A stretch of DNA of 63,761 nucleotides, counting the filler, from Choristocarpus tenellus KU-1152 (Eukaryota > Protista > Phaeophyceae), in the NCBI GenBank assembly GCA_964200185.2. It is 11 parts of 11 records of this genome, joined end to end, with 100 filler letters (N's around TTAATTAATTAA, not from the genome) between each part and the next. Parts side by side here need not be neighbours in the genome. Positions count along the whole stretch, not along the records: positions 36,783 to 39,868 come from CAXNAD020022421.1; positions 39,969 to 45,399 come from CAXNAD020010799.1; positions 45,500 to 51,256 come from CAXNAD020009831.1; positions 51,357 to 58,005 come from CAXNAD020007665.1; 7 more parts are not named here. The stretch is one strand, 5' to 3'. Position 1 is the stretch's first letter. The number at the start of each line of letters is the position of its first letter. Below the pieces are notes generated by a model. The model was not told the DNA's origin and searched no databases. It worked only from the letters and a program-made list of their open reading frames with translations. Made by a program: the position numbers and the translations under genes. Shown here in pieces: positions 37,922-51,650 of this stretch.

Positions 37922-38352
37922 AATGATACAAGTGAAGTAATAGTATCCATAATAATAATGATACAAGTGAAGAAATAGCATCAATAACAAGAATGCTACA
38001 AGTGAGGTAATAATATCAATAATAATAATGATACAAGTGAAGTAATAGCATCAATAATAAAAATGTTACAAGCCAAGTTATGGTATCAATAATAAAAATG
38101 ATACCAAATCAAGTAATGATATCAATAATAATAATGATACAAGTGAAGTAATAGTATCAATAATAAGAATGATACAAGTGAAGTAATAGTATCAATAACA
38201 AAAATGATACAAGTGAAGTAATAGTATCAATAATAATAATGATACAAGTGAAGTAATAGTATCAATAATTAAAATCATACCAAATCAAGTAATGATATCA
38301 ATAATAAGAATGATACAAGCCAAGTAATAGTATCAATAATAAGAATGATACA
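37922..38352. repeat. Minisatellite, 35-bp unit, about 12 copies (AATGATACAAGTGAAGTAATAGTATCAATAATAAT)
   Basis: Directly visible head-to-tail repeats. Confidence 0.95.
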
Positions 38353-39088
38353 AATTAGAGCGAACAATGGAGACGATAGGGTGGCATGAGTGATAACAAC
38401 CAAGTCAAACTACAACAGCAACAAACATGTGTTCTACTCTCATTGGCTCAATATTACACATACCTACATTCCGCTTGCGTGCAGATGCTACTGTCATACA
38501 TACTACATACTATTTACTACAAACTTGTTTAATCAAATTTTGCACCCTTGTCCAGCACACACATCCCTAACCCTTACTTAGCACAAAACAAACGTATGTG
38601 AATATAATCATACTAAAAATAATAATAAATAAAAAACTCAACAACGCGAACAAAAAAAAAAAAAGTATCTATCTATCTATTATGGTAATACAAACAGTCT
38701 TTACGGTACAGGGGCTGCCACCAGACGCAGTAGATGGTTCAGAATATAACTAATATTATTTTATTATTGTTACTTCTTTTTTTTTCTTTTTTGAATGCAT
38801 TGCTCATTGTTATTGTTATTGTTATCGTTATTATTATTGTCTTGCATTATCCAACAAATAGTTAAAGGGGGGACTGGGGATTCCATTGCGAGCCGAGGAG
38901 AGAGGGAGAGGAACAATTGAAGAGTAAGAAGTCAGGAGGAGGAGGAGAATAATAATAATAATAGCAACAGATAATATTCTGTTAAGTGGCCGTGTTGATT
39001 TTCTGAAAAAATAAAATCGCTTCATAACTAGGAAAATCAATGCACGTGTGCATACGTGCATCGAAGGGAAAGGGGGGGGAAGGAGTCG

Positions 39089-39135
<47 letters not shown>

Positions 39136-39968
39136 TTTTGAAAGTGCTTGTTCGTGTTCACTTGTTATTAGCACAGGCAAAGGGGGTAAAAAAAAAGAAA
39201 AAGAATAAACCCCTCCAAACTGTAACCTTCCGGACAACATCACCACGAACAAACAAAATTAACAACTAAAATAACGCCTCCGCAAAAGCAACGAGAACCA
39301 ACACACCATATCCTTGATGACAACTCCCATCATCTTCCCGAACGAATCCGGGCATTCATTCACACGAGAGACCCTCTTAAAAATAAAATAAAATGCCCTC
39401 GAACAGAACACCGCCCGCCCACCCGCCTTTCCCCGGCGAGCCCCCCAATAAAAAAAAAAAAAAACCCCCCGACAACAACCCCCCCCCCCCCCCCCCCCCA
39501 CCTTTGGAAAACATAGTGTAATAGTACTACAAAATATCCACAACACTATTCTGGGAAAATGCTATGGACGGATGTGTACGAGTTGGACTCGATAATTACG
39601 CGATGCAACGTGACATTCACGTGACTTATCTTCTGGAGTACCGTAATGAGAGCGTAACACAGCTTTGACTGTCAAACACCATCTGAAGCGTCCACACAAT
39701 GCACACACCACAAGACCCAACAGACTACGTTTCTGGCACAATATTAAAATAGTTTCATTATTTATATAGTGTATTTGAAACAGGAAAAAAAAGAAAAGTG
39801 CCCCCCTTCCCCTCTCCCCCCCCCCCAAAAAAAAAAAAAAAAAACAAAAAAAAAAAAAAAAAAAAAAANNNNNNNNNNNNNNNNNNNNNNNNNNNNNNNN
39901 NNNNNNNNNNNNTTAATTAATTAANNNNNNNNNNNNNNNNNNNNNNNNNNNNNNNNNNNNNNNNNNNN

Positions 39969-42900
39969 CTTAACGGTACTAACACTTTTGGCTGGCAACC
40001 TTTAGACCCCACCCTCGAAGACAGGGTAGAAATAAAGGGAACAGCAGGAGAAGAGAAGTCACCATTCAAGAAGAGGCCCTAAAGTACACCGAGGCTAACG
40101 AACAAGAAGGGAGTGACAGACCAGTCCGAATGAATGAGATGGTTAAACACCACCCCACTCTCAAGAGAGCAATGACCACTCTCTCATACATACCAGAGCT
40201 AGTGGAAAGACAGAAGAAAGACCCCTTCTTGGGCAGCATATGGGGTGTACTCGAAGGCCAAGAACACTGGAAGTCATCACTTGAGTGGGAAATAGGGAGT
40301 ATGGATGTAGAGTCATATTCCCTAGATGATAAGGAGTTACTCTGGTACAGTTCTGGATAGTATACACCTAGGCTAGCAGTTCCTCGTTTACTAGTGTCAG
40401 ACATCATAGCACTAGTACACATGCAGACTAGCCAAAAGGGAGTTGGACGCACAGTAGCCCTAACCCATCGATAGTTCTTTTGGCCCTCACTCCACAAAGA
40501 CACGCAGGATTAAGATTTATCCTGTGACTGTCGCAGACGAAAGAGGACTAGGAGCGCACAAGTGGCAATGCTGCCAGCCAAGTTCCTGGAACCATGGGAT
40601 GTACTCGAGATGGATCCACAAGATGTAGGACACATCTCAGTGAAAGGCAACAAGTATCTATTAATTGTGATTGATAGAGCTTCGAGATTCTCTTTTGCAT
40701 TCCCGATGACGTCAAAGGAAGCAACTGGAGTAGCAACAAACGTTTTGGAATTACGTCTTATATTTGGGATCCCACTGTCATTTCGTAGTGATGCAGTAGC
40801 GGAGTTCACAGGAGACATAATGAATCGCCTTTGTCGTTGGCTGAAAGTCCCTACCAATTATGGACCCACTGGCAACTCAAGAGGACAAGGGGGAGTAGAA
40901 ACGATGAGAGGATGGCTTCTAGAAGTCCTGTCGGAACTATGTTTGAATTGGCCAGATAGATGGGATGAGTATGTATCTCCGGCATGTTGGGCACAACGCA
41001 CTACTCTAGACTCATCCTACCCCCTCAACCCCACCCCCTTCCGAGTCTTCTTTGGCCGTGATCCCCGCACACAGCTAGACACCGTCATACCCAAGTTGGA
41101 TGGGGACATAGAGGTTGGAGGATTAGATTCCTTCATTTAGCAATGCAGACAGAACTTCAGGGAGGAACGAGAAGTCCTGGAGAGACGGATGTCTACAAGA
41201 CAGAAATACAGAGAAAGAGCCAGTCTCTTGATTGCTAGGTCTTCCCCAGGACTAAGATCCAAACCAGGTGACCTAGCTCTAGTGAAAGAAGCGGACAGCT
41301 CTATCAATAGGGAAAAACTAGGTGAGATAAGAGTAGGCAGAAAGCTAGTCCATGAAAGATGGACGGGACCGTGAACTGTGAAGGAAATTTCACATCAGAG
41401 TATTAATAGCATGACGGTTGAACTGCAAGATAGGCAAACGCGCACTCGTACTGTTCATGCTTTTTATGTGAAACCCTTCCACGTAAGGCCCATCCATCTT
41501 AGACATAGCTTCCAAGAAGAATACGCCCAACTAATGTTGGAATCGGACCTGGGTCTATCAGAGCAATCCGTGGTATCAACCCCCACGTGCACTCTTACTG
41601 ATAGGAAAGCAGTATTGTCACCATCCAATGTATGGCACTGGGGTTACCGAGGGAAGTATCAGAATGGACAGTTGTCAGACAGGGTAACCGAGAAAGAGGC
41701 TATGGATATCTTCCCCCCACTACAGTTAGACGTCTTCCATGTCTAACTAATCCAGACACGAGCCCACGTCCTATTGACACCTCTCGCCAAGGAAACCCCT
41801 TGTCTAGAGAGGATGCATTATGCCTTTTTCCCACAGTGGTACACAGGTACAGTTTTTGACTTCAAGTCACCTTACTGGAGGGTACGGTTTAATGATGGGG
41901 ATTGGGAGGAAATGAACAAAAGCGAAATGAGTCGCTTTTCTCAAAAACGATGATCCAACAAAATAACCACGGTGACCCATATCAGACCAAACAATTTTAA
42001 TAGGATGCTTTCATTTTTATTTTTTATTTCCTTTTATTTTTAGTTATTATTGTTTTTTTCTTGTTATTTTTTTTCGTTTTTCTTTCTCCCTGTCAGACAA
42101 GGTATCCCCTTAGGTCCTTACCTGGCCCTACCTCCAATTCTTATCCCCCATCTCCTCTATTTTTATTTATATATATATATATTTGGCACTGATGTTGATT
42201 TTATTGCCTGTTTTACGCACTAGCAATCGCCAGTATGCTTCGCGCTGGGGGGCAGGAGGCAGGCAATAATCAGATGATACTTAGCACCTTAAGGAAGCTG
42301 CAATTTAGAAAGAGCAAATTTATGCTCAGAATAGGCTAGATGCAGACAGATTTCCCCAAGTAAGATAGGGATACATGTTTAGGCCTAGCAGGAGTTCGGC
42401 ATATTTTTGCTCTTCCTTCTCCCTGCTACGGGATGATCTGAGGCGATTGATGATGTCTATTGTCTTCACCGATGACAGTCACTTGTAGTAAACGTTTTTA
42501 TATAGGATACATTATTTTGTTTTATTTTTTATTTTTTCATTTTGTTACTTTGAAGTCCCAGTTCAGAAGGAACATGTATATTTAGATTAGGCAGACACAA
42601 TTTGAATAAGAGTATATCATGTGACCTTTTAGACGGACCCTCTTTAAAGAATCGTGGAGATGAATTAATCACATTTGTGATCAGGGTGATCGGAACTGGG
42701 GTCCCATTTATTCTAGGCCATGTCAGAGATGTATATTTTGCAACTTTTGAAGGTGTTTCAGAAGGAGCAAGTATATACTCAGATTAGCCCAGATTCAAAC
42801 TGTTTCTCATAGTATTCTGTGCCTCTTGGGATAAAATCCCAAGAAAAACAAGGATATATGTTGATCGATTCTGGACCTAGTCGAAGTTATATATTTTTAA

Positions 42901-43652
42901 TAAGAATATAATCTCTGATTAGGTCAGAAATTTATTGATTCTGACTGTGTCTTAAGACTTTTGAGGATTTATTCTCAAAAAGAAACTGGGAGATATGTAA
43001 TAATAATAATATATGTCGATCATTTGTTGGAAATATCTGAATAATTTGGAACCGAAGTCCCTGTGTTGGTTTGAAACTGGAGCCCCTCTTTTGTTTGATG
43101 GCAACCAACTCATGCTGCTATAGCGTGATCTGAGGTGATCGATGATATCTATTGTCTTAACCGGTGACAGTCGCTTGTGGTAAGCGTGAGACATGTACAC
43201 CTAGTTCACGCTGGGGGGCATGTTACAGGCGAATAGTGCGAGTATTTCTTCCCGCGCTTTAACCGGCGCGAGTAGTGTACGCGCGTGGGGAACCCCAAAA
43301 GGAGGAACTCCGATTTGCTAAAAAGTTGCAGAACAAAATCTGTAACTCGGGAAAGTCGCCAGGGTTCCCAGATGATAAGGTCGAAAAGGTTCTCAGATGT
43401 ATTCCAATGTCTGTAAACCGAAGAAGCCCCAACGATAAATGATGATAAGAGATCCTAAAAACGGCTCCAAACAGCTCAGTTCTTCTGACCTAGAGACCCT
43501 ACTTAAACACTCTTACTGATATCGCAGAACATACATTGTCTTTTGCTAATTGGTTCATTGAGAGTACCCCTGCTCTGCTGAGCTGACGTTCATTAATCTG
43601 TGAATTGGAGCTACCTATCCTGTGGAGGTAAGTTCTGGAGCGTGCCTGTAAC
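39969..43652 (+). mobile_element. Ty3/Gypsy 3' half: degenerate integrase (H2C2, DDE core, WTGP, chromo/Tudor-like tail) to 41952, 3' UTR, 3' LTR 43221-43652
   Basis: EPWDVLEMD...GNKYLLIVIDRASRF...FRSDAVAEFT...GGVE...WDEYV; PPT GCTGGGGGGCA; TGTTACAGGC...GCCTGTAACA. Confidence 0.95.
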
Positions 43653-43831
43653 ATATCTGGGAACCCTTGCGACCTTTTCATCTGGGAACCCTTGCGACTT
43701 TCCCGAGTTACAGATTTTATTCTGCAACTTTTTAGCAAATTGGAGTTCCCCCTTTTGGGGTTCCCCACGCGCGTACACTGCTCGCGCCGGTTAAAGCGTG
43801 AGAAGAAATACTCGCACTATTCGTCTGTATC
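43653..43831 (-). mobile_element. Inverted partial copy of the same Gypsy LTR 5' end
   Basis: Reverse complement aligns with 43221-43390. Confidence 0.9.
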
Positions 43832-44020
43832 ACTTTATCCAGGTAGGGGACTGACCTGGCGTCCCCAAGGGTCCCAGCATGGAAGACCAGATCCACGCGG
43901 AAATTTCGATCCACTGCGAATGGTCTACCGTCGTCGATAGTCCAAGGGATGTATGTGTGGAGCAGTTACGGGTCGGATGGCATGCCACTCTACAAGAAGA
44001 CACAACTTCCACAGATTGCA
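43832..44020 (-). mobile_element. CRE-like RLE fragment, same family as 3915-4708
   Basis: DRNFRVDLVFHAGTLGDA versus DRKFCMDLVFHAGALADA. Confidence 0.8.
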
Positions 44021-44901
44021 AGCATGTATTTCTTGGGCATGTGGTTTGATCCCCACATACACAGGGATGACCTAGAAAACCCTAAGTCTGTCGCCAGGCC
44101 AGCAAATTAAAATGGTCTTGTCCACTTGCCGGACAGGTCCCACGATTTATTTGACGTGTCTTGGTCCATGTCCACTATATGCTGAACCGGTCAAAGTCTG
44201 CCAGGTGGACCAACCCAAACATTTTCTAACATGTCTGTCCCGGTCATGCGGACTGGATCTTGTACCAGTCCATGTCCCCTGCTGGAACCGGGTCTGGCAT
44301 CTCTAACATGTGCAGACCACATCCAGTACGTGTTATACTAATCCAACCGTGAAAAATTTGTGCATCTACATTTTGAAGGTCAAGTTATACTCCACTATGT
44401 TCGTAATAGATAGTAATCGTTCAAAAATAATCCATAAACTTCTTTCGATAATAATGTAAAACGAAGGGAGGATTATGGGGAGGGATTTATACGTGGAATT
44501 TGGATTAATTTACATATATACTATTTACTCGTTTGACGCTTGACGAATGAGTGTCGAGATACAGTGCATAGTGTCAAAATACACCTTGCAAGTCAAAAAT
44601 CACCTTAGCCAGCCAAACGATAAACACGAAACGACGTACATATATTCAACTTCGAATTATTAATAGTCTAATATATATATATACATAGGAAAATCCATAC
44701 TCAGTACATACTTTACATTTAGTACTTACAGCATCAGGAAAGGATACAAGATAAAAGTAGAGAGGATTGTAAATAGATAGGCATGGCCATGACTTGGGCA
44801 GTCTGAGTGTAAAAAAAATTACCTGGCCAGCCATATATAAAATGTTCTAACATGGTTCGGTAACAGTAGGCAGGGAAGGGAACTTGATTTGACTCAATTC
44901 T

Positions 44902-45161
44902 GAGGGACAGTATCTTAGAGGGTACGGTTTATGCCCTGTTTGTCCATTTGGTGCTTGACTTCCTACGTTTTTTCTTATGACATTTTCCTACTCCAAAGTG
45001 TATCGGAGTAGGTATAATGTATACATTATGAAAAGGTCTGTCGAGAACAAGGATATTGACACTTCCTAACAAACACGATAGCCAAAATTACATCAAAATC
45101 GCAATATTGGATTTTTGACCCCCAAATGGACGCGGCCCTACCTTTTAAGATACTTTGACTC
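44902..45161 (+). mobile_element. MITE family 1, complete
   Basis: TIRs present; TSD TTCT/TTCT. Confidence 0.93.
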
Positions 45162-47814
45162 TTCTAGGTTTACCTCAAGAAAGTATTTATCAGACAGTGA
45201 CTGAGCTCATTGTAGAACTTCTTGATAGCACTACACCAGTCAATGAGGAGACATATCAAGAAAGTTGAGTAAGACCTGGTCGACTTGATGCTGTTATCCC
45301 GTATCAAAATAACGATACACAGAGAGGCATCGGCTACTCTGACCTTTTGATCCAGTCTGGCACCATGCAGTTGTATATGTCGCACAAAGGTCCGCTACAN
45401 NNNNNNNNNNNNNNNNNNNNNNNNNNNNNNNNNNNNNNNNNNNTTAATTAATTAANNNNNNNNNNNNNNNNNNNNNNNNNNNNNNNNNNNNNNNNNNNNC
45501 CCCCCCCAGATATTTTGACCCAAAAAGAAACTCTCTCTATCCGTACATGCCAGCACCAGATCTATAGATAGAGAGAACTCTTTATTGGCAAGTTGATTTT
45601 CTACTTCATCGAACTAGTCTGAGGTGGTGACCCATGGTTAAAATGGAGCCTAAAGAAGGCAATACACATTATTGGAGAAAAGGGAGCAAGGACCATACAT
45701 AAGAGAAAATCAAACCGCTGGAAGACAAAAAGAATAGAATCCTTGAACCCAAAAACGTAAGGGGAAAAGAATTAAAGAAATGAACAATGATGCAAGAGAA
45801 GTCAGCCCAAAATGAAAACAGCAGCAAACAATATTACAGTGGTGGTGTTGGTAGCTTAGGCGACCTTATCAAATAGCTGCTGCCTTGGTATGGCGTACAT
45901 TATTAGCTATTACATCTTCCTTGAATGTCATTCGACAATAGAGTTTGGTGTGCCATCAGCCTCGAACTTACACCACTCCCTCTCCTGTTGGTTAGTCATG
46001 TTGACAGTGTCGGATCTCGTCCTTATGTGAAGTACATAGGAGCAATACCAAGCAGCAGTAGGTAGTTGACTCGAAGAGATTGAAATTTCAGATCCGTCAA
46101 GAATAGGAGTTGATATTATTCTAGCCTTCCTATACCCTCAAAAGCCTCAGCCCAGAGATGTCATTTTGGTGATTTAACGCAGTGATAGCCCTAAGCCCAC
46201 CCTCACCCACGCCCCCTCCAACCCCAAAAGAAATATAGATAGCCTTGCCCCTAAAAGCCTAATCCATGTCCCCTGGTCGCCTAACCCCAGAATGTATACA
46301 GAGATATCCTGACCCCGTCCCCTATCTCAATCCCATTCCCCTCGTAATTCCAAACAATTGTATAGACCCATGCCTAACCTCATCTCTAACCCTCACCCTA
46401 ATCCATGCCTCAACTAACGCCAAAGTAAGTCAGATAACTCCACCCCCACTCCCAACCCCCACCCCAACAAAGCATAGTCTCACCCCTAACTTCACATACG
46501 CTCTCCTCTACCTGATGACCACTACAGGTTTGGGACCCCTTAACAAAAACTGTGAAAATAGTATTATACTTTTCACAACATAGAAGAATAGTTGCTACAT
46601 CCTGCCTGAAATATCTAGTAAGTCGTGTTCCAAGTAAAAATGGTGTTGACAACAACAATAAACAGGAATTTAGTGAGTAGGCGTAGCAATCTGTTTCGGA
46701 TGCATTTTCTGTACACAAAAACACCATATTGACGCGAAATGTACCAAAAAAGCATGTTCATAGAACGACTCAAAAGATGTGTACACTAAAAGAAAAACGC
46801 GGCTAAGTAATGGAGGGATGAAGTTGTATTGTGGTCATAGGTGTCAATACACATTAGCAAGAGTAGTGCTCAATTATCAGGTTGTATTAACTGCTGTATG
46901 TATGACCTCTCCATTTTGACCCGCACTATAGTTGTGCTCAACAGATTGCTGACCTTAACAGGTCCAACAGGACCTATTCTTCAAGAGGAACCTATTGGTG
47001 TCTACACCCCCACATTGATTCGCCTAGTAGGAGGATACCATTTTAGCGAGTTTACACGTTGTCACCATTGTTTTGAATGGTGTTAAATAATATTACTAAG
47101 CAAAATAGCAGTATCCACAGATCTACCTCAATTTCTTTTGATATTTACTTCAAAATAGTGTTGTGACACAATGGTAGCGATTCTTACAATTTATCGTGAA
47201 TAATCGCAACCGAAAATGGGGAGGTAACCTTCCATTAGATACTTTCTCACGCTTATGGTGAGGGCTGCACACTCTGCTTGTGGAGCCCCTTGTCACTCCC
47301 TTGGGTTTGTCTTAGTAGTGCGGAAAGATTATTTAGCTGGCTGTCACCATCAACACTACCTACAAGCAGGACAACCACGAAAGGAGAGATAAAAAAAAAA
47401 TCAGAAAGCACACAGAATTACATCACCCTAGAGTAGACAGGGGTTGTGATGCAGTATCGCCACAATAGACTGATTACATGGACAGCTTTACAATTGGAGA
47501 GGTAGGGTCCACACAGTCCAACTAAGTATATATATGTTGTATATCACTGGGGCTTCTACTAATCAAATTGCAACTAGCTCATGCATGTCACAACGACACA
47601 GGGGACTATTGATCCGACAATTCAATTCATGATAGCATGAGATACTGTTGGACAAGATTTTTTTACCACAGGAGTGGTAGTAGTGACAAAGTGTGAGGAA
47701 CCAAGAAATATGCCAGCACAGATGCAAAATCTGCAGGAAGAGTATTTTCCCTCATGATACCTCTTCCACATTTCGCAACATTACCATATATACTTCTGCA
47801 GAGGGGGGGAGCTT

Positions 47815-50800
47815 CTAAAATAGGCCCCCAAAAGGGTCATCATCAGAAGCCCCACTTGGCCTCATGCCTTTGCCCCCCATTCCCTGTTGTCCCTGCTCAG
47901 GCCAATTCGGAGGAAGCAATGTTCCAGGCTGTTGTTGCGGCTTCTGATGTACTGCTGGCATGCTGGCATGACCAAGTACTGAAGGTGCACTGTTTGTTGA
48001 CTGAGATATCTCAGCCGCTGGCAATCCCATGGATGTCGTGTTCCAGTCCATAGATAGTGGAATTGTTGAGGACAGGTCACTCCACGTCTGTGTGATAGGG
48101 GGGGGCAGGGGAAAGGAATTGGGTTTTGTATCGAAGTTCAGAGTTAGACAGATGACTTGAGCAATATGCTTGACTAGAGAGAAAAATAACTCAAGCCATA
48201 GGTATATGTTTATGTCAGATGGTAGTTTGTAGAACAGGGAGAACACCAAGTCAATTCCACCCTTGCGGAAGGCTTCACACATGGAATAATGGGTGTACAC
48301 CAGAACAAACGACTAACCAGTACCTGGAGAGGGTACCAAGATTGCATCCCTGCCCAAGTCATACATGGTCCCCCTCCCATACAGATACTGACAAGTCTCT
48401 GTGAGTGCACAATTTTTCCAACACCTTGTCACCAAATGACAAAAAGGAATTACTAGTACAGCATAACAAAACACTAGTATCTGAAAAATAACGAGAAAAA
48501 GAAGAGAATGGTAGAACAACATTGAGGGCAATGGAGAATCCCTACCCTGGCACCCAAGTCATGGTCCTTGACGTCAAACACAGCAAAATATTGCCCACCA
48601 TCAACATACAGCAAACATCGAAAGATAAATCCGAACACCTGTTCTGTATTTGGTAAAACTTGAGTTTCCCCTGTCCCAGCTACAGCTCCCTCCTTTGCTG
48701 TCTCTGCTGGCCAGAGTGCTGGCACACCTTGCCCCCCCCCCCCTCCCATTCCCCGAGATGATCCTAGACTTGACAAGTCTGAGAGACCAAACCCCAAGCC
48801 TGCAGTCCCCTCTCCCAATCCGTCCTCCTGCTTCATCAAATTTGGAGTAGGCACTGAGCTTAGTCCCAGTAGGTCATCCATCTCTTGGTATGATGTGGGA
48901 GTGGTGACAGAAGTAGTACTAGGTCCTGGTGTGGGAGAAGAGAAGCCAAGGAAATCCTGAGGGAGGGAGGAACATGGGGGGAGGGGGGTACATCAACCCT
49001 TGCATAATTGTAGTCTATATGAAGACCTAACCCTAAGGTGAGACAACTTCTGTAATGGGACCTATTTCCACATCCCGGAAAATGTCAGGGCTCTACATCA
49101 GACTGGAAGTTAACAAGACTGGCCTGCGACTTGCTCCCTTCACAGGTTCTGAGGGCCCAGCCAGAACCCGTCAAAAGATTCACCACCTAGGCTGGGGTGC
49201 TATCCAGTCCAAGCATATTTTTTTACATCCACCCAACCCAGTTCATATCACTTTTTTCCCGACTGACCCTGTAAAAAAAAAAGTATTTTTTCTCAGCCAC
49301 AATCTATTGATCTGAAACACGCTATTACTAGATATTATAGTATACTTTATTAAACTACTCAGTATGAATTGCTTAAACTACTATCCACAAATGATAGTAA
49401 TTTCATAGTTTCATGTTTCTTGTTCATATTTTATTTGTCAACACCTAATGTCATACTCAATGTCAAGAAGAAGTACCACGCATTATTGTACCATTTGTTT
49501 GATTATACTACACACATACAAACATGCGCCAAGACACTTTCCAAATACTACATAGTACTTCATACAGCATATATTTAGCAGAACAAACAAGAGTCAAAAG
49601 TTCAGAACACACTGCATTTCATTACTAGTATATGCATACAAGCTGTGGTTGTTTTTAATGTCTCCTTATTTCATGCGAGAAACTAATGGTTGCATACATC
49701 ATAAAAAAAAATTCTTTCAAATTGATTATGTATTGGTTCTGTTCTTGTTCTGGAAGTAGTACATATTTAAATCCCAATTGCTTACACTTTGAATCAGCCC
49801 ATTCAGAAAAAATGGTAGAGCTTGCAACATTTTGGGCTCGCCTATTATAAAATTTCAAGTATATTGAGAAAAAGAAAGCTCATATACACATCGGTTCGAA
49901 ATATACATTGTTGTGCTCCCTACATTAGTGCATTAAATAAAAGAAAATTTAGGCTCTTCCGAAAATTTAATTTCATCAAACCAAAAATCAAGAATTTCCC
50001 AAAACAACAATTCCACACAATAGACAAATCATTATTTAGCCCATTTGTGCTTCACAAATCATTTTTTTTTTGTACAAATATTTGTGTGTAAAGGTTGAAG
50101 GAGTATTGAAGATGTACAAATCCTGATTTGTCGATATAACCTTGGTTAATATGTGGAATATGATTTGACCGAATGCATCAAGAGAAGATAATTATGTATC
50201 GCTTATCTGTCTCTACCATGTCTTGATCTACAAACTCACACTTTCAAAATATATGATGTGTTTTGCAAGGGAAAAAAATTGTGCAGAAAACTTAGGTTTT
50301 AGCTAACACTGTCATTGCATAAAGTCAGTAGCTGGTTTTCTTATTGTTCTATGATAGCATAAACAATATCATCCCGTTCTACTAGCTGGAACGTTGTGGA
50401 AGCCTCAGTGGGGTTCTGGAAGATATGATGCATCTAATGTGTCATATTGGATTCCCTCAACTCTTTAAAGTTGAAAATGTCAACAAATACTTGTACCACT
50501 CAGGAGGGCAAGTTGGAAATATGACAGAAAGAAATGTCTGTTACACAATACATACTCCGCAAAACAGCACAGTCCCTTTTTCAGTACCATGTGAAAAACA
50601 ACACATCAGAGTTGAGGCGCACCTCTGAAAGAAGATTTTTAAATCTCAAGCACAAAACAGTTCAATGGAAACTAAAGGACACCACTACCTAACTGCCTTA
50701 GCTGTATGTACATACCCAAAACATTATAAACTGACTACTATAAAAGGTGTAAGCGGTTACTCTCCCATACGGTGTTGCATGGAGTTACAAAACAGAGAAC

Positions 50801-51256
50801 ATTCTAAGAAAAAGAAGAAAAACAGGGAAAGACCCATGCAAGACTCTAACAGCACCCACAAAATTGTCAAGGCAATGTGGACAGTGAAGTGGGAATACTT
50901 CAATATGTGCATTTTACACCTAGAAAAAAAAAAGCACTGATATCCTCTCCCTTTCCCTCTGCCCTGCTAGAAGTAATAACTCAAAGGTCCATCTCACCAC
51001 AGGTTTGCTGGATGGAAAATTTGTGCAAGGCAAGCCGCCCCCGCCTATGGCTGGGTCTCCTCCTCCCAATCCCTCCATCCCTGCTTCAACACCAGCGCCT
51101 GCTTTCGCTACTGTCTCTGCACCAGTGAACTTTCCTTCCCCTTCAATCACTCCACTGCCATCACCTGCGCTGTTGCTGCTTGCACCCTCATCACTTGCGA
51201 CTGGAGATGTGGTTATCTTTGGAGATGGGGGAACTGGCTGCTTGATACGTGTACGG
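47815..51256 (-). CDS. 3' exons of a low-complexity protein resembling a clathrin/AP-2 endocytic accessory tail. Exons ~51256-50997, ~48956-48640, ~48087-47815
   Basis: Splice-bounded open frames with DFLGF, DDLLGL and terminal DDDPFGGLF*; no folded domain visible. Confidence 0.5.
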
Positions 51257-51650
51257 NNNNNNNNNNNNNNNNNNNNNNNNNNNNNNNNNNNNNNNNNNNN
51301 TTAATTAATTAANNNNNNNNNNNNNNNNNNNNNNNNNNNNNNNNNNNNNNNNNNNNCTCCCAGATACTTTGGGTCATCTTCTCAATCAAACAATACAAGT
51401 GTTTGATAAAAGGTAGACCTTATCCATTTCAAACACATAAACTACAAGAACAGGAACTTGCAGACCGCTCTCCTTACACTGCTCAAAGAAACGAATAGGT
51501 CCACTCCCTTGCCCGTCTACTTTCAAAAACCATGCTTGTGAGGGACTCAAAGATTGCAAGGTGCAAATGGAATGGGAAATGAAAAAAGCGAGTTATGAGT
51601 ATTTGGATCTCTCTTCATCACATACTCCACAGTAATGAGTCTCAACTCAC

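Noticed and set aside
37922-38352. CRISPR array (35-bp palindromic repeats)
   Set aside because: Head-to-tail units with no spacers
36783-39868. Scattered minus-strand exon-like segments
   Set aside because: No recognisable domain, and a phase-consistent gene model could not be built
49600-50100. AT-rich stretch as a possible organellar insertion
   Set aside because: No recognisable mitochondrial or plastid gene motif in any frame
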